Shown here: piece by piece, positions 27,891 through 35,172 of the stretch
How the letters are laid out: every line of letters begins with the position of its first letter
How positions within the stretch are numbered: position 1 is the first letter of the stretch
Source of the DNA: Alphaproteobacteria bacterium
GTDB taxonomy: Bacteria; Pseudomonadota; Alphaproteobacteria; Rhizobiales; Devosiaceae
Reading direction: 5' to 3'
DNA length: 50,783 bases
Assembly: GCA_024279675.1 (NCBI GenBank)
Contig: JAJRRG010000011.1
Coordinates: forward strand, 1 to 50,783
The notes under the pieces: model-generated
Seen by the model: the letters and a program-made list of their open reading frames with translations, nothing else
The model's database searches: none
Told to the model about the DNA's origin: nothing
Made by a program: the position numbers and the translations under genes

Positions 27891-29033
27891 ATGTATCTTG
27901 AAGCAGGCGATACATTATATGCCGGAGTTCTAGTCACAGCCAGAAATATTCGCTTAATTTTCGGATACAGCTCCAATAGAAACATTTCAAATGAACTGCA
28001 ATTTTCTAGCTCCGAATTATTTCCTTACGCGGCTGGGGAGTACGACAGAGAATTCCCCATCACTCGTGAAACCATCGAACAATACCTAAAAGAAGTTTCC
28101 ACACATATTTGCAATTTGCCTGACCTGGTCAAAAGAATTGGCGTTGGATCTTATGGGCCTATGCTTTCTGTCGATATTGAGTATCGAGACAGAAAACATA
28201 AAAATTACGGAAAAATAACCGATACCGCTACTCATGCTAGTTTAGCGGGTGTTGCTGTATATCAAATCCTTAGAGATCAGTTAGATACATTTGGTGTCAC
28301 AGGGCAGTCTATTGAATTGATAATGCAGACAGATGTGGTGTGTGGTGCCATTAGTGAAACACTTTTACGTAGTGGAAAAGCAAAACTAAAAGAACGTGAA
28401 AGACAGCATAGAATCACCGACACATTAGTTTTTCTAAATTTTTCAGATGGCGTTGGCGGGGGGTTTGTTAATGCATCAAAACCTTGGCGATCCGCCGCAC
28501 CTTCAGAGATCGGTTTTACTGCTGCTCAGGTTATTCCTGGAGACACTTGGGCAGAAAACAAATTTCCTCACAAGGATAGCAGAGTACATCCTGTCTTTAT
28601 TGAAGAACTTGTTTCAACTGAAGCTTTATTAAAGAGAAGCGGTGTTGAAAAAATTGAAGACATTAGAAAACCCGAATGGGAACTGACTGCTGAATATGTT
28701 GCGCAGCTATGTGCAACTGTATGTTTGGTCCTAGCCCCACATCAATTAGTTCTGCATGGCGATAGGTTTGAATTGGCACAAGACGAGAATGGGAATAAGA
28801 TCGACGTACTTGAACTCGTTCGCTTAAAGTTAAAAATTTGGTTGAGTACAGGTAAGGGTCTACATATTTCTTACTATGAATTGACCGAATCGCCTATTTT
28901 TTTGGATGTTCCCATTTGGAAATCATGGGCAATTTCTGAGGATTCCGATATAAGTATAAGCCCAATGGAATATGGAACATTGGTATTTGCGATGCAACCT
29001 AACGTGATACAGCATGAAAAAACGAATGATTAA
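27891..29033 (+). CDS. Divergent ASKHA-superfamily (ROK/sugar-kinase-like) protein
   Basis: An AAGGAGGTG SD precedes the ATG at 27891. ROK-like motifs are IGVGSYGP, TDVVCGAISE and SDGVGGGFV...SEIGF. The phosphate-1 motif reads EAGDT instead of DxGGT, and I see no CxCGxxGC zinc motif. Confidence 0.55.
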   Translation: MYLEAGDTLYAGVLVTARNIRLIFGYSSNRNISNELQFSSSELFPYAAGEYDREFPITRETIEQYLKEVSTHICNLPDLVKRIGVGSYGPMLSVDIEYRDRKHKNYGKITDTATHASLAGVAVYQILRDQLDTFGVTGQSIELIMQTDVVCGAISETLLRSGKAKLKERERQHRITDTLVFLNFSDGVGGGFVNASKPWRSAAPSEIGFTAAQVIPGDTWAENKFPHKDSRVHPVFIEELVSTEALLKRSGVEKIEDIRKPEWELTAEYVAQLCATVCLVLAPHQLVLHGDRFELAQDENGNKIDVLELVRLKLKIWLSTGKGLHISYYELTESPIFLDVPIWKSWAISEDSDISISPMEYGTLVFAMQPNVIQHEKTND

Positions 29034-29769
29034 AACTCAGTATACTAAATTAAATGAGACGGCATCAAAAACTGCAACTCGCGGCGCATCGACTGCAAGT
29101 GCTAGAAATTACCCATTCAAATACAGTAGATTAAGCGGCAAAAATATTAATAGACAATCTGATCGTGATTTCAGCGCGTCCGTGGATATAATTAAACAAT
29201 ACCGCAAGACCGCAGATTCATTAGATGTTGGTAATAATCAACATGAAAATGCCACAAGTTTTGACAAAAACATCGGTATTGGGGTAAACTTACCGCTTAC
29301 GGAAAGTAGTAGCTCCACAAACAGGGGTGAAGAAAGACAACCACTGGATTCCAACGAACCGACGAATAAACCAGAAGATGAAGATCGCATCAAAGTAACT
29401 GCAAGAGCGTTTGATGCCTTTAAAAAACTACCCATTGGTGAAATCAAAAAAATTGCGGATACCGCCGAAAAGCGCACCTTGAAATGGGAAGGTGTAATTA
29501 AAATTGCCCCTGAACTTTATCAAGACCGTCCTAGACGTGAGGATTTACCTAGGTTTCTTGAAAGAGTTTATAATAAACTTGGGCATTTGGATGGGAAATT
29601 AACAACTGCGCATATTGCAATAATTGATCCACCACTTGGAGACGCCATAAAAAGCTGGAACAATCACCATGGAAGTGTTCCGGCTGAATTCAATTTACCA
29701 ACATCAAAAAACAGGCCTAAAGGAACGGGAATGAAAAATTCTCAAGCGAATAAAATTCAAAAACCTTAA
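29014..29769 (+). CDS. Hypothetical protein overlapping the ASKHA-like gene by 20 nt
   Basis: 251 aa with a low-complexity polar N-terminal half and a structured-looking C-terminal half. I recognise no motif. Confidence 0.5.
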   Translation: MKKRMIKTQYTKLNETASKTATRGASTASARNYPFKYSRLSGKNINRQSDRDFSASVDIIKQYRKTADSLDVGNNQHENATSFDKNIGIGVNLPLTESSSSTNRGEERQPLDSNEPTNKPEDEDRIKVTARAFDAFKKLPIGEIKKIADTAEKRTLKWEGVIKIAPELYQDRPRREDLPRFLERVYNKLGHLDGKLTTAHIAIIDPPLGDAIKSWNNHHGSVPAEFNLPTSKNRPKGTGMKNSQANKIQKP

Positions 29770-29869
29770 TATCAAGAACTTATTTCTTAAAATTAAGTTG
29801 ACCTATGTTAGCCCATATGTTATTTCCATAATTGTCGCCAAATTCAGCGTCATAAAATGGAGAAAACTA

Positions 29870-29983
29870 ATGGCTGAAACTCATTCTGGCATTCAAAATC
29901 GAGCCGCCGCAGGTGGTCCACCTCCGGCCCCAAACGCGCCTGCTTCTGAGCGCGTTTCTTATTCGGATGGAGTTCCAAAATGA
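29870..29983 (+). CDS. Possible 37-aa Pro/Ala-rich peptide
   Basis: A GGAGA SD lies 7 nt upstream of the ATG at 29870. It is short and low-complexity, so the call is weak. Confidence 0.25.
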   Translation: MAETHSGIQNRAAAGGPPPAPNAPASERVSYSDGVPK

Positions 29984-30064
29984 TTTATGAAAACCAGCGG
30001 CGGGCAGAAGTGCAATTCTGCCCGCCAGCCAACGATCCGTCGAATCCTCGCGAAAGGAATTAAC

Positions 30065-30232
30065 ATGACAAATCAAAGGAACAAATATCACAATCCGCAT
30101 GGCTTTGGCCAGCATACTTGTAAAATATGTGGCGGGTCAAAATCGAACCCCTATGAGCACTATCTGGGAATCATTAAAGTTCATCGTCCACAGCAAGTTA
30201 GCACTTGTCGCCATTGCGGTATGCGAAGCTAG
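30065..30232 (+). CDS. Possible small zinc-ribbon protein (CxxC...CxxC)
   Basis: An AAGGA SD precedes the ATG at 30065. The product contains CKIC and CRHC pairs about 30 residues apart. Confidence 0.35.
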   Translation: MTNQRNKYHNPHGFGQHTCKICGGSKSNPYEHYLGIIKVHRPQQVSTCRHCGMRS

Positions 30233-30293
30233 GCCGGCAAAATGTCTGGCCTCAGATTGAGGTCAACTTACCTCCCTATTAAGGAATATTATT

Positions 30294-30875
30294 ATGACGA
30301 AAGAACTGACGGAGATTGCTCCGATCAGCGTGGTATTCGCTGTCATTTTTTGGGCAATTATATCTTATTTTGTAATTGGGCCGCAGGCCGCCACACGTAT
30401 CGCGCATGCGGACTATACTGAAGATTGTAAAATCAATCTTGTTTCCACTATTCATGCCGCATCGCACGAACAGCAACAGACTTTTAACCAGTCAACTAAC
30501 CTTGAAGATCAATCGGCGCAATCTAGCTCAGCGTGGAACAGTTTGCAGGGCCAATATAGCCAACAAACCCAGTTGATCGACATGCTAACTGGCGGTGGTT
30601 TCAGCCGAACAATTCAAATCCAAAATGAAGCTGCCAGCCGCGCACGACAAGCGCGTGACGATGCCCGTAAAATAATTCGTGCGCGCGCCGAACGTGCTGC
30701 CCAATCTGCTCCTGATCAGTGTGCATGCCAAGTCCAGATGGCACTTGGGGAAAGCCAGACAGAATGGGCAATGTATGTGGGCAGCTTTACTTTGATCAAA
30801 AATGAAAAAATTAGTGGCTTCCCTGCGCTAATGCGCGTCAACGCTCGTTATTGCTCAGAAAGGATAACCTCATGA
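30294..30875 (+). CDS. Hypothetical membrane-anchored protein
   Basis: 193 aa with an N-terminal TM helix (ISVVFAVIFWAIISYFVIG) and a Q/A-rich body. Confidence 0.5.
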   Translation: MTKELTEIAPISVVFAVIFWAIISYFVIGPQAATRIAHADYTEDCKINLVSTIHAASHEQQQTFNQSTNLEDQSAQSSSAWNSLQGQYSQQTQLIDMLTGGGFSRTIQIQNEAASRARQARDDARKIIRARAERAAQSAPDQCACQVQMALGESQTEWAMYVGSFTLIKNEKISGFPALMRVNARYCSERITS

Positions 30876-31252
30876 AAAACTTTCTTTACAAAGGTGGTGG
30901 GTTTGAAGTCACCGCAAATATTCTTAAAACTTGGAAGCGAACATACGAGCTACAAAACATTGAGATGGTGACCATCCACCAACCATTTTTAATTATTACC
31001 AGTTTTGTTGGTGTTGGTCTGATTGGTTTTTCAATTTCGCTATCACGCTATCTCTATTTTGGCGAAAAATTTTTCCTAATTGGCGGGTCAATCCTAGCAA
31101 TTTTTGCTGCATCCCATTTTGGTTCCTTGAAAGTTCAATCACTCGCCCTACGCGATGAGCAGGGGCAAATTATTGGCCTTATACGCCACCTCAAACACGT
31201 CAAAAATGCCGTTGATACAGTGATTGATCAGCGCGGCACCATAGGAAAGTAA
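30872..31252 (+). CDS. Hypothetical two-TM membrane protein
   Basis: Its ATG at 30872 forms an ATGA overlap with the upstream stop. Two hydrophobic helices are visible. Confidence 0.5.
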   Translation: MKNFLYKGGGFEVTANILKTWKRTYELQNIEMVTIHQPFLIITSFVGVGLIGFSISLSRYLYFGEKFFLIGGSILAIFAASHFGSLKVQSLALRDEQGQIIGLIRHLKHVKNAVDTVIDQRGTIGK

Positions 31253-31280
31253 CGCCGAATTTTCAGACAAGGGTAGAACA

Positions 31281-31586
31281 ATGACACCAGAAAAATCTTC
31301 AATAGATGAGGTTGTAAATGTCAATGCCAAGCTACTATCCGCCTTTCTATTGGGGGGTGTGGCTTGGTGGCTGTGGCCAAGCACTCCAGAATTATGGGGT
31401 TTAGCTCTACCAAGTATTTTAATCGGTCTTTCAGCATCAGGAAAGCTCATTGCGGTCCTTAAAGCTATCCGTAAAACAAGTGCCCGCGTGCAGGTTGTAT
31501 CAACCTTGAAGCAGAATTCTATTGAACCCAAATCGTCATCGTTAATTTCTGAGGATGACTTAAGAAAAGCGGGGATGATTGAATGA
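31281..31586 (+). CDS. Two-TM protein resembling the N-terminal membrane anchor of a VirD4/TraG coupling protein
   Basis: Two TM helices are followed by SSLISEDDLRKAGMIE, which resembles the post-TM ...ELRKAGL motif of T4CPs. Its stop overlaps the start of the T4CP NTPase ORF (ATGA at 31583-31586). Confidence 0.5.
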   Translation: MTPEKSSIDEVVNVNAKLLSAFLLGGVAWWLWPSTPELWGLALPSILIGLSASGKLIAVLKAIRKTSARVQVVSTLKQNSIEPKSSSLISEDDLRKAGMIE

Positions 31587-32968
31587 GTAAAATATTCAGG
31601 CGTCCTTTGGGTCTTTTGGAAAACGGAAAGCTTATTAGTGATCCCTACCCAAATACTTCTTCCTTGATTTATGGGGCAAGTGGTTCGGCAAAAACCACAA
31701 CAGTCGTATTACCTTTGGTGCAGGCCTTAATGGGGAGCACGGCAATCGCCAATGTTACCGCCGACGTTAAGGACGGTGAGGTATATAGCCAAATTTCAAC
31801 TATGTGCGACAAGTATAATTTTCGCCATGGATGTTTAGATGACTTCAAGATTTTAGGTCGCGACAATCCTAACAGAAAGTCTCTAAACCCATTTGGAGCG
31901 ATTGTTGAAACTGCAAAAAACAATCCTGACGATCTTTTATTTACGATTCAAACGGCAACGTTAGCTTTAATCCCAGAGGTTCCCGGGGATAACAAAAACA
32001 AATATTTCCTTGATATGCCGCGCGATGAACAAGATTTAGGAATTAGAATTCTTCTTGATCATCAACATGACATGGTTACGCCCGGCGCGCTTTATTGTTT
32101 GATGGCAGACCCTAAAGTTTGGCGCAGTGCGCGTGAGATCGCCGCTGAAGAAGGTAGTCCTGCACTGCAATCACGCGCGCAACAGTCGCTTGATATGCAA
32201 AACAATGACCCAGAACATTATTTCCAGCATTTACGCGCTGCCCTATTTTCATTACGCATTTATGAGCCCGGATCAGCCCTTCACAATGTTGGGCGTGATG
32301 CAGACCTGACCCATGAACAAATCATCAAGGAAAGCTGGATTTTTTGTCTAGTCCAACCCCAACGCCACGCGGCAAGGGTTGGAACGCATTTAGCACTTCA
32401 CCTGCAAGCCTTTATGCACGCACAGTTAAAAGCTGGTGCAGGCCGAACAATTTATACGCTGGATGAGCTATGTAATGCCCCACTAAAGGAAGCGGTAGAT
32501 CGCGTTACAATTCAAAGATCATACAATGCTTCTAGCATTTACATAGCGCAATCGCGTTCGGATATTCAGAGAAAATATGGTGAAAAGGATGCTGTGATAC
32601 TCGAAGAAAACTGTCCGGTGGTGCAATGGCTAAGTTTTTCGAATGTAGAAGAAGCGGAGGGCATTTCTCGTGCCATGGGCGAAACAAAGAGTGTTTCACA
32701 AAGCATTGGCCTAAATTCTGATAAGTCAGATTTTACCCGCAATTTCAGCGCCGGAAAAGAACGTCTTTTCACCCCTGACGAATTGATGAATCTTGATCCA
32801 AATTATCAAATCATCAGGATTAAAGGGCATGGATACATCCATTGTAAAAAACTGTTTCAAAATCAGATAGCCCCTACCTGCTTCGACCTCGCTGTTAATC
32901 CACTGGAAGGCGGCATTTTACCGCCTGACCCTAAAGTTACTCTGCCCGTAATCAAGCGAGGTGACTAA
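31583..32968 (+). CDS. Type IV coupling protein (VirD4/TraG family), cytoplasmic NTPase portion
   Basis: Walker A GASGSAKTT and Walker B TLDELCNAP. IYIAQSRSDIQRKYGEKDA and LFTPDELMNL are typical TraG/VirD4 segments. This ORF has no TM region. Confidence 0.8.
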   Translation: MSKIFRRPLGLLENGKLISDPYPNTSSLIYGASGSAKTTTVVLPLVQALMGSTAIANVTADVKDGEVYSQISTMCDKYNFRHGCLDDFKILGRDNPNRKSLNPFGAIVETAKNNPDDLLFTIQTATLALIPEVPGDNKNKYFLDMPRDEQDLGIRILLDHQHDMVTPGALYCLMADPKVWRSAREIAAEEGSPALQSRAQQSLDMQNNDPEHYFQHLRAALFSLRIYEPGSALHNVGRDADLTHEQIIKESWIFCLVQPQRHAARVGTHLALHLQAFMHAQLKAGAGRTIYTLDELCNAPLKEAVDRVTIQRSYNASSIYIAQSRSDIQRKYGEKDAVILEENCPVVQWLSFSNVEEAEGISRAMGETKSVSQSIGLNSDKSDFTRNFSAGKERLFTPDELMNLDPNYQIIRIKGHGYIHCKKLFQNQIAPTCFDLAVNPLEGGILPPDPKVTLPVIKRGD

Positions 32969-32969
32969 T

Positions 32970-33230
32970 ATGAAGTCGCTTCTAGCACACACAAAATTCA
33001 TGTTCTGGATTATTGTGCCGCTTTTTCTGTGGGGTGCACATGCATCATTAGGCCTGCCACATGTACGCTGGTCATATTCTTGGCTGGACGAAGGTCAAGG
33101 CATTGATCCATTTGCGAAACGTAATTTTACGAGCTGTACTTACTGGGGGCCATACGGCAGTTTCACAATCCACCCGAACGATGGGAATTGTGCATGGCTT
33201 TGGTTTTTTAAACAGAGCGGCGGTGGCTAA
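32970..33230 (+). CDS. Small hypothetical membrane/secreted protein
   Basis: A GAGGTG SD precedes the ATG at 32970. The N-terminus is hydrophobic (FMFWIIVPLFLWGAHA). Confidence 0.4.
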   Translation: MKSLLAHTKFMFWIIVPLFLWGAHASLGLPHVRWSYSWLDEGQGIDPFAKRNFTSCTYWGPYGSFTIHPNDGNCAWLWFFKQSGGG

Positions 33231-33487
33231 TGACTTTCAACCAGTTGCAGCCACGGTGTAACCAGGCGGCGTTTCAACCCATGTTTTTCTGCCAGTTCTC
33301 GTCGCACCATATATTTGAGAACACTCAAAACAGTTTGTTCGTCACTATCACCACTGGCAATTTGTTCCTCGCAATGGTCACGCTCCTGAAGCATCAGATC
33401 AAATGGTTCAATCGCATACCAGAATTCCTCAAAATTCATTGGATCAAGCCAATCATCAATATCTTGTACGTACTTAAATTTTTTCAT
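33227..33487 (-). CDS. Hypothetical acidic small protein
   Basis: 86-aa ORF convergent with the T4CP cluster. I prefer it to the antisense ORF 33230-33535, which looks low-complexity. The SD is weak. Confidence 0.4.
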   Translation of the reverse strand: MKKFKYVQDIDDWLDPMNFEEFWYAIEPFDLMLQERDHCEEQIASGDSDEQTVLSVLKYMVRRELAEKHGLKRRLVTPWLQLVESH

Positions 33488-33549
33488 TTTTCCAAAATAT
33501 CACAAACAGATTCAACCTTACAAATCCGTCAATAAAATGGAGATGGGAT

Positions 33550-34035
33550 ATGACTTCTAGCATATCAGACGATTTGAAAAAGACCTTTGGTCTTAAGGCG
33601 GCGCGTCATGAGGCCGCTCAAAAACTCAACAAAGAAGAATGGAAATCCTATGAGCAGGTAAAGAAGCTAATTGACGGTGTGCGCAACTATGAAGAGCGGC
33701 AATATCGGCTTGAATACAAGACCCGTGTAGAAACAGTCGCCAAACGCCTAATCAATGAAGCAGGTGCCAAAACCCGGAACTTCACCCCACCATGGACGCG
33801 AAGAGACAAATTTGACAAGAGTGCAATCATCCTGCAAGCGCGGCGTGTCGTTCATGATCAAAATGACAAGGTGATGTCATTTTTAGATCAACAGGAAACC
33901 CAACAAATTGAGGAACTGGTTCAACGTTCCAAGCACATCCAGCAACAACGTGAAAAACCCAAGCTAGATTTTCAAAAAGCTACAAATCGGCGTTCTGGTC
34001 TAGACCGGCGCACTCGCTCTCGTTCCCGCAGCTAA
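33550..34035 (+). CDS. Hypothetical basic protein
   Basis: 161 aa with a GGAGA SD and an Arg/Ser-rich C-terminus. Confidence 0.5.
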   Translation: MTSSISDDLKKTFGLKAARHEAAQKLNKEEWKSYEQVKKLIDGVRNYEERQYRLEYKTRVETVAKRLINEAGAKTRNFTPPWTRRDKFDKSAIILQARRVVHDQNDKVMSFLDQQETQQIEELVQRSKHIQQQREKPKLDFQKATNRRSGLDRRTRSRSRS

Positions 34036-34057
34036 CTCAAACAAAAGGAGAATTATC

Positions 34058-34672
34058 ATGCATGCCTCCCTGCACCCTGATGCCCAAAAGAATATATTGG
34101 AAGCACGTCAAAGTTTTACAGGAAAAGCCCTAACGGACAGCCAGTTTGATGAAAGCTGAGCACTCTCTGGAATTATAGAGCGCAGTATTCGAAAAACAGG
34201 CAGCTTTAGAGAAAAACTAGCCGATTATTCGCATGCATTCTCCCGTTCAGAAAAGTTTGATAGCGTGAAAGGTGAAGTTATCATCCGTGACCAATTTAAA
34301 GCTCGCTTTGGTCAAAGTATGAACCAGATGCGGCTCGGATTAAAAGAACGTGAAGCCAACATTGACCTGCCCGGCCACGAACTGGCAATCGACCATGCGC
34401 GTACGATCGAGCCTTTGATCAAAGATGGACAAACTATGCCCTTTTATCAGGCTTTTGATCATGCTGGATGCACTTTAGCTGAAAAACTCAACATTACCGA
34501 AGTCGGCGCAAAAAATCTGATGAAAGATAGCTATAGCAAGATTGAAGGGCGCGAGCTCTATGAAGTCGGCAAAGCTTTGGAGGCACAATATCATACGCCA
34601 AAACGAGATATTGAACGTCAGGAACGCAAGCCTGAACGTACACAAGAGCTGGCTTTGACGCGAAAACGCTAA
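34058..34672 (+). pseudogene. Hypothetical gene interrupted by a single in-frame TGA (34157-34159)
   Basis: The ATG at 34058 has an AAAGGAG SD. The same frame continues without other stops through the listed ORF 34265-34672, and I checked this codon by codon. Confidence 0.45.
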
Positions 34673-34713
34673 CAATTCAATTCGAAGAAACGCAGGAATG
34701 CAAAAGATTTTCC

Positions 34714-34779
34714 TTGCATTTATAGGAATTTATCCCTACTGTGTTCTGCTTATGTTCCTAGCAATGAGGCCAGCAGAAC
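34714..34779 (+). promoter_or_regulatory. Candidate sigma70-like promoter followed by an 8-bp inverted repeat, upstream of the small-ORF/recombinase pair
   Basis: TTGCAT (34714-34719), a 17-nt spacer, then TACTGT (34737-34742). This is followed by GTTCTGCT (34743-34750) and AGCAGAAC (34772-34779). Confidence 0.3.
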
Positions 34780-34806
34780 GGAGAAAAAAGAAGCGGAGAG
34801 AGTGTA

Positions 34807-35172
34807 ATGAAAGACGATACGGGCAATCAGGAAAGTAGCGTAACGGTGGGTGTAAGCACTCCACAAGCATTGAGCATTGATTGGGAATTATATGGTAAGT
34901 ATCTGGATGAATCTGACCTTACCGAAGAACAAAAACGAGAGTTTATTGAAACCCTATGGTCAATCGTAGTTTCATTTGTTGATTTAGGGTTTGGTGTTCA
35001 CCCCCTGCAACAAGTGCCGCCATCCACGCATTGTGAACAGAACACAGATTTAGCTGAGTTTTTGACTAAAAAATCGGCTGATGTGTTAAACTCTAAAAAC
35101 AATACCAACTTACAATTCAAAAACGCCAGCAAAGGATCATCAGATTCATTGAACAAGAGGAGTGCGACATGA
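34807..35172 (+). CDS. Hypothetical small protein translationally coupled to the serine recombinase (candidate directionality factor; speculative)
   Basis: 121 aa. Its stop overlaps the recombinase start (ATGA at 35169-35172). Confidence 0.5.
   Translation: MKDDTGNQESSVTVGVSTPQALSIDWELYGKYLDESDLTEEQKREFIETLWSIVVSFVDLGFGVHPLQQVPPSTHCEQNTDLAEFLTKKSADVLNSKNNTNLQFKNASKGSSDSLNKRSAT

Noticed and set aside
33230-33535. The 101-aa plus-strand ORF overlapping 33227-33487
   Set aside because: It is a low-complexity, Phe/Ile/Gln-rich sequence. The minus-strand ORF has a more protein-like composition. Confidence in either is modest.
34157-34159. Selenocysteine recoding of the in-frame TGA
   Set aside because: I see no obvious SECIS-like stem-loop in the 40 nt downstream, and the surrounding protein has no redox-motif context. 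I kept it only as an item to check.
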